Origin: Planctomycetota bacterium | Lineage (GTDB): Bacteria > Planctomycetota > UBA8108 > SXIK01 | Direction: 5' to 3' | Assembly: GCA_965223845.1 (NCBI GenBank) | Contig: CBDCXR010000004.1 | Span: 5,344,001 to 5,408,000 of the forward strand | DNA: 64,000 nt | Part shown: piece by piece, positions 38,166 through 48,398 of the stretch | How positions within the stretch are numbered: the first letter of the stretch is position 1 | Layout: each line of letters begins with the position of its first letter | The notes under the pieces: model-generated | What the model saw: only the letters and a program-made list of their open reading frames with translations | The model's database searches: none | What the model was told of the DNA's origin: nothing | Program-made: the position numbers and the translations under genes

Positions 38166-39770
38166 CTAGCCCTCCGTCACGATCACCGTCCCGCTTCGAC
38201 GCGGATCTCCCGCCCCCTCGAGCCGCCCGTCCGCCGTTCGCCGCACGGCGTGGACGCCTCCGAAAAAGAGGTTGGGGGAAGTGAACTCCTGCACGCGGGC
38301 GGCGACTCCGCGGGCCTCAGCGAGCTGCGACGCGGGGTCGTCCAGTGCGTAGGTCTCGGCGCTCAGCACTCCGTTTTCCACGTGGATCCGCGCGCGCTCT
38401 ACGCTGTCCGTCAGCGATTCGCCGTCGGCGAGCAAGCGAAGGAGAACTTGGGGAATCACCGTGCGAATACGACTCGATCCCCCGGCACCGAGCGCGGCGA
38501 CGCCGCCGCTCGGATCGACCACGATCGTCGGCGCCATCATCGTTCGCAGTCTCTCCCCCGCTCGCTCGCTTCCGAATCCGGCGGGAAACAAGTCCTCTTC
38601 CCCGAGCAGATTGTTCATGAGGATGCCGGTGCCCGGGATCTCGTAACCGTTTCCCTCGCCGTACGTCATCGTCACGGCGGCCGCGTTTCCCGCGGCATCG
38701 ACCGCACTCACGTGCGTCGTGTTTCCGGGCGTACGTCGCTCGCGACGGTCGACGGCGCTTTCGCCCGATCGAATTCGGGCGACTCGATCGTTCAAGCGAT
38801 CGCGCGCGTCCGCGCGATCGACGAGATCCGGCGTCTCAGCTCGCTCCTCGGAGATCGCTCGAAAAATCTCCGCGATGCGCCGGAGTCGGTTCGCACTCTC
38901 CGGAATACAGCCCACCACCCCGATTTTTTCGAAGCTCGAAAGTGTCGTCTCCACGAACCATCCGCCGAAGGCTGGAAGCGGTACGGTTGCGATCCGGGTC
39001 CCACAGAAAGAAAACTCGCGAGCGCGCGAGAACCGCGGCGCGTACTCGTCGAGATCGCGAGACGTGATCCTCCCGCCTCCCGCGATTCCGAACGCGTCGA
39101 GGATCGCCGGTGTGATGACGTCCGTTTCGACTGGAGACAAACCGTCGCGGGAGATCCGTTCGAGGAGCCCGGCGAGCGCTCGATTCTGCCAGAGATCGCC
39201 GACTGCTCGAGGCAGCCCCGGCTGAGCGTCGATGAGATCGCGTCCGAGAGCCGATCGTCGCAAGAACTCGGCGAGAATGGCACTGCACTCGACCTGAAAC
39301 GAGCTGAGTCGCACGCCTTCCCGGAGGAACCGAATCGACGGGGCGAGGACGGTCGAGAGCGGAAGCTTCCCCCAGCGCCGCTGCGCCGCCTCGAGTCCAC
39401 GCAGGACACCCGGGACCGCTGCTGCACCCCGTCCGATGAAGAACCTCTGCGTGGCTCCTCCGTCACCGAAATGAACATCGAACGGAATCAACTCGACGCC
39501 GCGCCGGCGCGCGGCCTCCTCGCGATCCGCCCCGAGCCCAGGAGCGGTCGAAAAGAAATCGCAAACTCCGACCTCGCCGCTCGTGCCGCATCGGTGGATG
39601 AGCAGGCCTCCACCCGCTAGGCTGACGATCGCCGGATCCCCGGCCGCTGCCGCAAACGCGCCGGCCACGGCGGCGTCCGCCGCGTTCCCGCCGCGGAGAA
39701 ACACCTCTCTCCCTGCAGCCGCCGATTGCTCCGAGCCGGCCGCGATCACTCCGATCGCTTCGACGCTCAT
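38166..39770 (-). CDS. ggt: Gamma-glutamyltransferase family (Ntn hydrolase)
   Basis: GGNAADAAVA, AVPG, NTTHVSAVD (nucleophilic Thr), GILMNN, GAGDPRR. Confidence 0.85.
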   Translation of the reverse strand: MSVEAIGVIAAGSEQSAAAGREVFLRGGNAADAAVAGAFAAAAGDPAIVSLAGGGLLIHRCGTSGEVGVCDFFSTAPGLGADREEAARRRGVELIPFDVHFGDGGATQRFFIGRGAAAVPGVLRGLEAAQRRWGKLPLSTVLAPSIRFLREGVRLSSFQVECSAILAEFLRRSALGRDLIDAQPGLPRAVGDLWQNRALAGLLERISRDGLSPVETDVITPAILDAFGIAGGGRITSRDLDEYAPRFSRAREFSFCGTRIATVPLPAFGGWFVETTLSSFEKIGVVGCIPESANRLRRIAEIFRAISEERAETPDLVDRADARDRLNDRVARIRSGESAVDRRERRTPGNTTHVSAVDAAGNAAAVTMTYGEGNGYEIPGTGILMNNLLGEEDLFPAGFGSERAGERLRTMMAPTIVVDPSGGVAALGAGGSSRIRTVIPQVLLRLLADGESLTDSVERARIHVENGVLSAETYALDDPASQLAEARGVAARVQEFTSPNLFFGGVHAVRRTADGRLEGAGDPRRSGTVIVTEG

Positions 39771-40180
39771 CCCGCTTGCCTCTTCTCGACATCGCGTCCC
39801 ATCACCGGCTCGCGAGCGTACGCTGATCTGATCCGATCTCTCCGACTGCCAAACGATTCACGCCCATAGCTCGAACCGTGCTCAAACGTTTGCTGCCGAA
39901 CCTTGAGCGGATTCCGGTGTCGACGGGGCGGACTCGCACCGAGCGAGAAGCCGAATCGAGGCGCCGCCACACTACCAAAGACCGCGCGCCGCGACACGAC
40001 GATCGCGACGCGCGCTTCGCGGCGGGCCACAGCCGGGGTGTCGCGCCTTCTGCCCTCGGCACCTCGGCCGTGCCCGCCCGCCCACCCCGGGGAATCCGCG
40101 CGAACGACATCGAATCGGAATACAATGAGTTTCGTTCGTTCTGTCGCGCTCTCGATGCATTGGGAAGCAGGGATACACGT

Positions 40181-42415
40181 ATGCTTCGATCCCCGAATCT
40201 GCGGCGAGTCTTCCGGGCGCTCGCCGCTGTGCTCGTCGCGACAGCTCCCGCGCTGGCGGCCCCCTCGAACGATCGATTCCTCGATCGCAGCCCCCTGAGC
40301 GGGCCAACCGGACGCGTTCAAGCCACGAGCGTCGACGCTACCCGAGAGCCGACCGAGCCGCTTCACTTCAACACCGGCGGGGCGTCGGTTTGGTGGACCT
40401 GGACGCCTGCGACCGACGGCGACGCGACGATCTATACCCACGGAAGCGATTACGACACCGTCCTCGCCGTCTACACCGGCTCCTCGCTCACGAACTTGAG
40501 TCTCGTCGCCGACTCCGACGACGCCTCTCTCGCCCATACGCGGAGCGCGGTCACTTTCGCGGCGAAGAGCGGCGTCGCCTATCAAATCGCCGTGGACGGC
40601 TACGATGGGCAATCCGGCGCGATCTCGCTCACCTGGTATCAACAAACGACTCCGAACGGCCGTCCTCTCAACGACGCGTTCGGCGCTCGGATCCAACTCG
40701 ACGGAGAGGAGGGCAGCGTCTTCGGCTCGACGCTTCGCGGGTCCCGCGAGCCGCGCGAACCGCTCCACGGGAACGCTCCGGGCACGGCCTCCTCGTGGTG
40801 GGAGTGGACGGCACCCGGACCCGGCGTCGCGATCTTCCACACCGGCGGCAGCAGCTTCAGCGCGAGCATCGGGGTGTACACGGGCGACGACTTCGACTCG
40901 TTCGTCGCGATCGCGGGCAACGCCATTCCCGAGCTCAACGGCTACACGTTCTTTTCCACGACGAGCGACGTGACCTACGCCGTTGCAGTCGACGGGGCGT
41001 CCGGCGAAACGGGCGTCGTCGAGCTCTCCTGGGAGTGGATTCCGAATTGTCGACCGCCGAGCGCGCCCGAGCACCCGTTTCCGCCCGATGAAACTCTCGG
41101 CGCAGGCGCGGACGTCACGCTCGAATGGAATCGATCGGTCCCCCTCGAGCTCGACGTCATCTACGGCGCCGACGATCGCAAGGAGTACTTTCAGGTCGAC
41201 GAACCCGATCTTCTCGCCGCGGCGGACGCGACGGCCGTCGTCGTCTGGAACGAATCGGTTCGCGAGAACGGCGATGGAACGGCCACCCTACTCGGCGGAA
41301 CCTTCGCCGACGAGTTCGACCTCTGCCAAGACGAGCCCTTTCGCGATCAACCGGTCCCGGGATTCTGCTCGGCGTTTCTGGTCGCTCCCGATCTCGTTGC
41401 GACCGCCGGCCACTGCGTGCTCGACATCAATGAGTGCGCCGAGGTCTCGTTCGTCTTTGGCTTTCGCCTGGAGGATGCGGCGACCGTCATTCGGACCGTG
41501 CCCGAGTCCCAGGTATACCGGTGCGCAGAGATCGTCTCGCGTGATCTCGACGACGAAAGTTCCGATTGGGCGGTGATCCGACTCGATCGACCCGTCGTCG
41601 GCATCGAGCCCTTATCCATTCGCCGAGGAGGCAAGGTGCCGAGCTCAGAACCACTCGTCCTCATCGGCCACCCGATCGGACTTCCGGTCAAGATCGCCGC
41701 GGGTGCGAGCGTACGCGAAAACGATGATCCTCTCGTGTTCACCGCGAATCTCGACGCCTACGGAGGAAACTCGGGCTCGCCGGTTCTCAGCGCGGACTCT
41801 CTGCTCGTCGAAGGAATCCTGATCGAAGGCGAGGACGACTTCGACGACGTCGGCTGTTTCCGCTCGAAGCGCTGCGCCGACGATGAATGCTCCGGGGAAA
41901 CGTCGATCCGCACAACTGCGTTCGCTCCGGTGGTTCCGAGACTGGCATCGTCCGCCGTGCACGGAGTTTTCTTCGGACGCTGCGACGAGGAGCTGACTCT
42001 CGTCGGCACGACGGCTGAAACGAAGTGGAACGCGACTGATCTCGAGCCGGACACCGCCTACTGTTGGCGGGTTTCGACGTCCAACGCCTGCGGATCGGTC
42101 GACGGCCCCACGTGGACGTTCACCACCCGCTCCGCCGAGCCGCGGTTTCGCCGCGGCGACGCCAACGCCGACGGCGGATTCAACATCGCCGATGCGATCG
42201 GAATTCTGAACTTCCTGTTCGGCGACGGCGTCGATCTTCCCTGTCCGGACGCGGCTGATGCGACCGACGCAAACGGAGTCAATATCGCCGACGGAATCTT
42301 TATCCTGAACCACCTCTTCGGTACCGGCGGGCCGCCGTTGGCGCCGTTTGAGGAGTGCGGTGTGGATCCGACTCCCGACGAATCCTCTTGCCCGTCGTTC
42401 CCGCCCTGCGGTTAG
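40181..42415 (+). CDS. Secreted trypsin-like serine protease with two N-terminal beta-sandwich repeats, FN3-like domain and dockerin-like C-terminus
   Basis: Signal peptide; two ND.F..(S/V)WW.WT repeats; TAGHC, DWAVIRL, GNSGSP triad; FRRGDANADGGFNIADAI..DANGVNIADGI. Confidence 0.88.
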   Translation: MLRSPNLRRVFRALAAVLVATAPALAAPSNDRFLDRSPLSGPTGRVQATSVDATREPTEPLHFNTGGASVWWTWTPATDGDATIYTHGSDYDTVLAVYTGSSLTNLSLVADSDDASLAHTRSAVTFAAKSGVAYQIAVDGYDGQSGAISLTWYQQTTPNGRPLNDAFGARIQLDGEEGSVFGSTLRGSREPREPLHGNAPGTASSWWEWTAPGPGVAIFHTGGSSFSASIGVYTGDDFDSFVAIAGNAIPELNGYTFFSTTSDVTYAVAVDGASGETGVVELSWEWIPNCRPPSAPEHPFPPDETLGAGADVTLEWNRSVPLELDVIYGADDRKEYFQVDEPDLLAAADATAVVVWNESVRENGDGTATLLGGTFADEFDLCQDEPFRDQPVPGFCSAFLVAPDLVATAGHCVLDINECAEVSFVFGFRLEDAATVIRTVPESQVYRCAEIVSRDLDDESSDWAVIRLDRPVVGIEPLSIRRGGKVPSSEPLVLIGHPIGLPVKIAAGASVRENDDPLVFTANLDAYGGNSGSPVLSADSLLVEGILIEGEDDFDDVGCFRSKRCADDECSGETSIRTTAFAPVVPRLASSAVHGVFFGRCDEELTLVGTTAETKWNATDLEPDTAYCWRVSTSNACGSVDGPTWTFTTRSAEPRFRRGDANADGGFNIADAIGILNFLFGDGVDLPCPDAADATDANGVNIADGIFILNHLFGTGGPPLAPFEECGVDPTPDESSCPSFPPCG

Positions 42416-42617
42416 GAACCGGGGTAACGGAGCGAGACGGTCGCGTCTCTGAAGAAACGCGCGTTCATTCGGCGCCCGCGAGGGCACGATCGGGCCGGTG
42501 AGCGACCACGTGTTATCGGGACTGATCGGCCCCACAGCGTCACTTCGGTCGACCCGCGTGCCGATGAACGAAGCGTCGTCGAAGATCGTCCGTCCCGAAA
42601 CTGAACGAGGATCTACC

Positions 42618-44423
42618 GTGCCTCCGACCGCCCCACCCACTCGCCCCGGCATGGGCGCGATTCCCGGTCCCGACAGCACGACGTTTCGCGTCTGGGCGCC
42701 GCACGGCCGCGGAGTCGCGGTCGCGGGAGACTTCAACGAGTGGTCACACACGACGCACTCCCTCCGTCCCGAGGGGAACGGCTACTGGGCGGGCGACGTC
42801 GCCGGGATGCTCGTCGGCAACCGCTACAAGTACGTGGTCGGAACGCACGATGGCCACCACCTCCGGACGGACCCCTACGCGCGCTCCGTGCGCCACTCGA
42901 ACGGCGCGAGCGTCGTCGACGACGGAAAGTACAACTGGGGCGATCACGCTTTCTACATGCCGCCGTGGAACGAGCTCGTCCTCTATGAGATCCACATCGG
43001 GACGTTCAACGACGAACCGGGAGGCTCGCCCGGCGATCTCCACCGCGCGATCGAGCGACTCGGGCACGTAGCCGATCTCGGCGCGAACGCCGTGCAACTG
43101 ATGCCCCCCACCGAGTTCGCCGGTGGATTCTCCTGGGGCTACAATCCCGCCCACCTCTTCGCGATCGAGACCGACTACGGCGGCCCCCGGGCGTTCAAGG
43201 ACTTCGTCCGTGAAGCGCACCGCCTCGGTCTCGCGGTGATTTTCGACGGCGTCTACAACCACTTCGGCCCTTCCGATCTCGATCTCTGGCGGTTCGACGG
43301 CTGGCACGAGGGCGAGGGCGGAGGAATCTATTTCTACAACGATTGGCGCGCTCGTACGCCTTGGGGCAACTCTCGTCCGGACTACGGCCGACCGGAGGTC
43401 CGCCAGTTCATCCGTGACAACGTGCTCATGTGGCTCGAGGAGTATCGACTCGACGGCATTCGCTGGGACGCGACCGCCTACATCCGTGACGCGCACGGTC
43501 ACAACGGCGACTCCGGGAGCGGCCTGGCCGACGGGTGGAATCTCCTGCGGTGGGTGAACGACGAGATCAACGCGCGCCAGCCGTGGAAGATCAGCATCGC
43601 GGAAGATCTTCGCGACAACGCGTGGGTCACGCGTGAGTCGCCTCGAGGCGGCGCCGGATTCGACGCACAGTGGTGCGCGAGCTTCGTTCATCCGGTGCGC
43701 GACGCAGTGATCACTCCGGACGACGCTCATCGCAACATGGCTTCCGTTCGCGAAGCCATCGAGCACCGTTACAACGCCGACGCCTTCGAGCGTGTCATCT
43801 ACACCGAATCGCACGACGAAGTCGCCAACGGGAAGGCGCGCGTTCCCGAGGAAGTCTGGCCGGGGCACGCGAGCGGATGGCACGCGAAGAAGCGCTCCTC
43901 GCTCGGCGCTGCGATCGTCATGACCTCACCGGGAATCCCGATGATCTTTCAGGGTCAAGAGTTTCTCGAGGACGAGTGGTTCCGCGACCACGACCCCATC
44001 GACTGGTCGAAGCGGGAGCGCTTCGCGGGAATCGTCCGCCTCTACCGCGACCTCATTCGACTCCGGCGCAACTGGTTCGACACGACGCGCGGGCTAAAGG
44101 GTCAACACGTTCGAGTTCACCACGTGAACGATCGAGACAAGGTGATCGCGTTTGAGCGCTGGGATCGGGGTGGACCGCGCGACAGCGTCGTCGTCCTCGC
44201 GAACTTCTCCCATCGGCCGTTCTCTGCCTACCGCGTCGGCTTCCCGCGCGCCGGCGAATGGAAGGTGCGACTCAACAGCGATTGGCGCGGCTACGATCAC
44301 GAATTCGCCGGACACCCGAGCCACGATACGTACGCCCATGCGCACGCCACCGACGGCATGCCCGCGAGCGGTGAAGTCGGGATCGGCTCGTACAGCGCGG
44401 TGATCCTGTCGCAGGATCGATAG
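42618..44423 (+). CDS. GH13 alpha-amylase family enzyme with CBM48 (GlgB/TreZ-like)
   Basis: FRVWAP, YEIHIG, SWGYNP, VYNH, DGIRWDA, IAED, ESHDE; GAGGA before GTG 42618. Confidence 0.9.
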   Translation: MPPTAPPTRPGMGAIPGPDSTTFRVWAPHGRGVAVAGDFNEWSHTTHSLRPEGNGYWAGDVAGMLVGNRYKYVVGTHDGHHLRTDPYARSVRHSNGASVVDDGKYNWGDHAFYMPPWNELVLYEIHIGTFNDEPGGSPGDLHRAIERLGHVADLGANAVQLMPPTEFAGGFSWGYNPAHLFAIETDYGGPRAFKDFVREAHRLGLAVIFDGVYNHFGPSDLDLWRFDGWHEGEGGGIYFYNDWRARTPWGNSRPDYGRPEVRQFIRDNVLMWLEEYRLDGIRWDATAYIRDAHGHNGDSGSGLADGWNLLRWVNDEINARQPWKISIAEDLRDNAWVTRESPRGGAGFDAQWCASFVHPVRDAVITPDDAHRNMASVREAIEHRYNADAFERVIYTESHDEVANGKARVPEEVWPGHASGWHAKKRSSLGAAIVMTSPGIPMIFQGQEFLEDEWFRDHDPIDWSKRERFAGIVRLYRDLIRLRRNWFDTTRGLKGQHVRVHHVNDRDKVIAFERWDRGGPRDSVVVLANFSHRPFSAYRVGFPRAGEWKVRLNSDWRGYDHEFAGHPSHDTYAHAHATDGMPASGEVGIGSYSAVILSQDR

Positions 44424-44442
44424 GTACGGCTCCGTCGTCCGC

Positions 44443-46128
44443 TTATTTGGCGGCGTTCGGATTCGCGCCGATGGGACCGATGTACTCGCGCGCGATCACG
44501 ACGTTGTCGAAGTAGACCACGTTCGTCTTCTGCTTCGTCCAGCGGTCGGTGACGTACGCCTCGAGCGTGAGTGCGTTCGCGTGGAGTCCGTCGCTCTTCC
44601 GCCAGTTGATCCCTCCCCAATATCCGCGCAACTCGCCGTCGATCCAGTACGCCTGCGCGCCGTCTCGCTCTCCGGGTGTGTTGTGAACGAGGAGAAACTC
44701 CGCGCAGATCCAGCGACCGCGCTCGATCGCGCCGCCCCTCTCCGGCCGGAACGAGTTTCCCCAGAACTTGCCGTCCCGCGACTCTTTCATCTCGTGCCAA
44801 TAGGAATAGAAGTTCCACCGTCCCGGCGGCGGGTAGCGGCCCCAGTTTCCCCACGGCTCGAGCGCCGTCGAAAACCTCTCGTCCCCGCGAGGCTTCACTC
44901 CGGCGCCGCCGAAACCGCTCCATCGGTCTCCGCCCTTGAGCCCGCGATTCGCTCGCAGCGTGACGAAGTGATGCACGTAGTCGCAGGTGGGATCGAACTT
45001 GACGTAGAACCGAATGAATACCTTCGGTGCGGACTCGAACCACTTCGTGACTCCGCCGCCGGTGTTCTTTCCGAGCGTCGCGGTCACGCGGAGACTCCGC
45101 TCCCCGACCACAGAGTTCGCTCCTGCGGGCACGACAGCGAGCGTGCCGCGATCCCTCGCCTCGTCCCAGCGCTCGCGAAAAGCACCGTCTTCGAAATCGT
45201 CCGCGAAGATCACGGCCGGATGTTTCGCGATTTCACGATCGCGGGCGTAGCTCGCCGCGAATCCGGCTCCTCTCGGCAATCGCGCCGCGGCCAGACGATC
45301 GCGGCGCTCGCGAACGATCGCCCACGGATCCTCCGGTGGATCGTCCGGGTCGACGTACCGCTCGAGATCGCGAAGCGCGATGACGGTGTAGTCGTTTTCG
45401 CGCAAATACCTCATGTAGTCTTCGAATCGCTCCCTCGGAGTGTGTACCCAAGGATGCTCGCCCTCGGGAACGCCGTGGAACTGGAGCACCGCGATCCGGC
45501 CATCCTTTGCTTGCTCGACCGCGCGCACGAAATCGCTCATGCTCCAGTCCGGGCGAGCGTCCCCGGCGGAGGGAACGAGCAAGGGATGATCGCGCCCGGG
45601 CTCGTAAGCGAAGCCGCGCCCGCGTTCGTATGGATACTCGGGCGCACCGCCGCGCCGGGCGAATCGAATCCCCCGCTTCCTCAGCACGGCGAAAGCTCGA
45701 TCGGAGATCGCATTTCCGGGCCAGGCGAACGTCACAGGCTTCGGGATGCCGTGCTTCGCGCACTGGGCCTCGATCGCGCTCAGTTGAGCCTCGAGCCGGG
45801 GAACGTTCTCATCGCTCACACCCATGTGGTCGCGCGTGTGGTTCCCGATCTCGAAACCGTCTTCGTGGAGGCCGCGGATCTCGTCCCACGTCATGTAGTC
45901 CTTCTTGTTCGTGCGAAAGGTGAATCCTTCGGTGATGAAGAAGGTCGCCCCGAATCCGTAGCGCTTGAGGAGCGGGCGCGCGACGGTGTAGTGGGACTTT
46001 ACCGAATCGTCGAACGTGAGGACGACGAGCCGATCGGGGATCGGCTCTCGCGCTTCCGTCCGATCGGCGAACTCGCAAGAAATCGCGAAACTGAAAGCAA
46101 GAACGATCGAAGTTCGGATTCGAAGCAC
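44443..46128 (-). CDS. Polysaccharide deacetylase (CE4/NodB) fused to a C-terminal jelly-roll, lyase-like domain
   Basis: LTFDD, GNHTRDH, FAWPG, LQFHG; C-terminal FIRFYVKFD..GRW.C.E..NTPG..DG..WIDG..FDNVVIA; GGAGGTG before GTG 46128. Confidence 0.8.
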   Translation of the reverse strand: MLRIRTSIVLAFSFAISCEFADRTEAREPIPDRLVVLTFDDSVKSHYTVARPLLKRYGFGATFFITEGFTFRTNKKDYMTWDEIRGLHEDGFEIGNHTRDHMGVSDENVPRLEAQLSAIEAQCAKHGIPKPVTFAWPGNAISDRAFAVLRKRGIRFARRGGAPEYPYERGRGFAYEPGRDHPLLVPSAGDARPDWSMSDFVRAVEQAKDGRIAVLQFHGVPEGEHPWVHTPRERFEDYMRYLRENDYTVIALRDLERYVDPDDPPEDPWAIVRERRDRLAAARLPRGAGFAASYARDREIAKHPAVIFADDFEDGAFRERWDEARDRGTLAVVPAGANSVVGERSLRVTATLGKNTGGGVTKWFESAPKVFIRFYVKFDPTCDYVHHFVTLRANRGLKGGDRWSGFGGAGVKPRGDERFSTALEPWGNWGRYPPPGRWNFYSYWHEMKESRDGKFWGNSFRPERGGAIERGRWICAEFLLVHNTPGERDGAQAYWIDGELRGYWGGINWRKSDGLHANALTLEAYVTDRWTKQKTNVVYFDNVVIAREYIGPIGANPNAAK

Positions 46129-46165
46129 GGTCGAACACCTCCAACGGGGACGGGTTCTTTCTCGA

Positions 46166-47092
46166 TCACGCACGAGCCTTCTCGGGATCCTCCACCTGCG
46201 CCGCGGAGTCGATGCGTAGAAACCGCGAGAGATGGTGGACGCCGAAATAAAACGGAACCGTGTCGACGAGCGCGACGACGACCTTGAACAGATAGCCCCA
46301 GCCGACGATCGCCGCGAGATCGCCCACGGTGCGGGTTCCATCCGCGACCGATCCTCCAAAGGTGATCGCCACGACGAGTGTCGTATCGACGAGCTGGCTG
46401 ACCAATGTCGATCCGTTGTTGCGGAGCCAAAGATGGCGCCCGCGAGTGAGCCGCTTCCAGAAGTGAAACATGAACACATCGACGAACTGAGCGGCGAGAT
46501 AGGCGATCATGCTCGCGAAGACGGCCATTTGCGTCGTCAGTGCGATCCGCTCGAACAAGGCTCGTTCGGTAAACGTGATCTCCGCCCCTTCCGGAACGCG
46601 AAGAACCGGGGCGCCGCTCTCGTCACGAAGCTCCGCTCCATCTTCACCGCGAGCGGGCTCGAGATCGCCGTTCGCCTCGAGAAACACTTGGAACGGCGCC
46701 GGCTGGTCGACGCCGTCGATCCTCGCTCCGAGCGAGAGCACGCCGAGCACGAGGAGATTGACGAGAAGGCCGACGAACACTACCCAGTTCGCGCAGCGCT
46801 GGCCGTAGAACTCGCTGATGAAGTCCGTACAGAGGAAGGTGAGCGGATACGGCAAAACGCCCACCGCGATCACGACCGGACTCCAGGCGACACCGAGGAA
46901 CTCAAATGCCGGTGCGATGACGAGGAACTTCGTGATGCCGAGTATGTTCAGCATCGCCATCGCGCCGAGGAATACGCCCGCGAAGAGAAGAAGCAACCTC
47001 TCCCGCCGCGCGTGCAGCGTTCGCGAGTCGAGCTCCGGAAGGTCGTCGAACTTCGCCTGGGGAATGACCGCGGAGGGAAGCGAGTGGGACAT
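46166..47092 (-). CDS. Queuosine precursor transporter (YhhQ/Vut_1 family)
   Basis: GVLPYPLTFLCTDFISEFYG, ASMIAYLAAQFVDV, LWLRNNGSTLVSQLVDT, ALVDTVPFY. Confidence 0.9.
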   Translation of the reverse strand: MSHSLPSAVIPQAKFDDLPELDSRTLHARRERLLLLFAGVFLGAMAMLNILGITKFLVIAPAFEFLGVAWSPVVIAVGVLPYPLTFLCTDFISEFYGQRCANWVVFVGLLVNLLVLGVLSLGARIDGVDQPAPFQVFLEANGDLEPARGEDGAELRDESGAPVLRVPEGAEITFTERALFERIALTTQMAVFASMIAYLAAQFVDVFMFHFWKRLTRGRHLWLRNNGSTLVSQLVDTTLVVAITFGGSVADGTRTVGDLAAIVGWGYLFKVVVALVDTVPFYFGVHHLSRFLRIDSAAQVEDPEKARA

Positions 47093-47324
47093 GAGCCGGG
47101 CCGAACGAGAAGGTTCGCTGGCGAAGGACCGCCGCACGACATCGAAGCGATGGCGGAGATCATACCATAGTTCGCCGCTCGTCGGGTTGGGCGGCAAGCG
47201 GTCGCGACTCGGGCCGTGTGATGTCTCGGCCCCCGTAGTATGATTGGGCCCTTCGTCGCGTGAGAAAGTCGAGCGCGCACGACCCAACTGGCCGACCGAA
47301 CGAACCCCGATCGCGAGATTGATC

Positions 47325-48371
47325 ATGAGGAGAATCCGATTCATTCGACCGAGCGCGCGCTGTCGAACCTTCACGGCGATTCTCGTCGGTGTCGGTGCCT
47401 ATTCACTCCTTTCATCGTGCACGGGCTTCAATCCCCATCGCCGCTACGGCACACTCCCGCAGAGCTTCAGCGTGAAGCCGACGCTCACCCATCGCCAGGG
47501 GAACTACTCGGAAGGTGTCGTTCTCGACTACGAAGGGAATCTCTACTTCTCCCACGGTGAGATCATCACGGTCTTACGACCCGATGGATCTCACGACGAA
47601 TGGGCTCGCACCGGAGCTCCCAACGGCCACAAGGTGCTCGAGGACGGAACGCACCTCGTCTGCGACGGAAGCCGCCACGCGGTCCTTCACCTCGCGGCCG
47701 ACGGCACCGTGCTCGGAAACGCCTCCGACTCGTGCGACGGCCGGCCGCTTCGCGCGCCGAACGACCTCACTCTCGACGAAAAACACGGCGGCTTCTATTT
47801 CACCGACCCGGGTGGCTCAGCAGAGGAACCGATCGGAACGGTCCACTACGTCGATGCGAAGGGCGAAACGCGGCTGGTCCACGACGGTCTCCTCTTTCCG
47901 AACGGCATCGTTCTCCGGCCCGACGGCAAGACGCTGTTGGTGGCAGAAAGTAAGCAGAATCGCATCCTGGTGTTCGACGTGCTCGCGCCTGGCGAGGTCG
48001 GCGAACCGCGCGTCTTCTGCGAGCTGCCCGTGAAATCGGGGTCCCAGGTCGACAACCAACCCGACGGGATGTGCCTCGATCTCTTCGGCAACCTCTACGT
48101 CGCTCACTACGGCATGGGTCAGGTGCAAGTGATCGATCGAAAGGGACGGATCATCCGGCAGTACGCGGGGGGGAATCTACTCACGAGCAACGTCGCGTTC
48201 GCGCCTCGGGCGAGGGACGACAAGCTGAACCAGCTCTATGTAACCGGTGGGGAACCGGACGGTGAGTCCGGCGGCTTCTACCGCCTCGATCTCTCCGGCC
48301 CCGACAACATGGGCGCGTCCGGGATGGACGTTCGCCCGTATCGGGAGAGCGACGAGGCGACACCGGAGTAG
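47325..48371 (+). CDS. SMP-30/gluconolactonase family protein, probable lipoprotein
   Basis: SEG, APNG, PNDL, FTDP, FPNGI, PDGM; lipobox-like LLSSC. Confidence 0.88.
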   Translation: MRRIRFIRPSARCRTFTAILVGVGAYSLLSSCTGFNPHRRYGTLPQSFSVKPTLTHRQGNYSEGVVLDYEGNLYFSHGEIITVLRPDGSHDEWARTGAPNGHKVLEDGTHLVCDGSRHAVLHLAADGTVLGNASDSCDGRPLRAPNDLTLDEKHGGFYFTDPGGSAEEPIGTVHYVDAKGETRLVHDGLLFPNGIVLRPDGKTLLVAESKQNRILVFDVLAPGEVGEPRVFCELPVKSGSQVDNQPDGMCLDLFGNLYVAHYGMGQVQVIDRKGRIIRQYAGGNLLTSNVAFAPRARDDKLNQLYVTGGEPDGESGGFYRLDLSGPDNMGASGMDVRPYRESDEATPE

Positions 48372-48398
48372 GACAAACGTCTCACGCCGCAGAAGGAC

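Noticed and set aside
42145-42415. Dockerin implying a cellulosome
   Set aside because: This dockerin-like tail is a common C-terminal module on planctomycete exported proteins; no cohesin or scaffoldin in the window
47093-47240. preQ1 riboswitch upstream of the queuosine precursor transporter
   Set aside because: No preQ1-like hairpin with A-rich tail is visible
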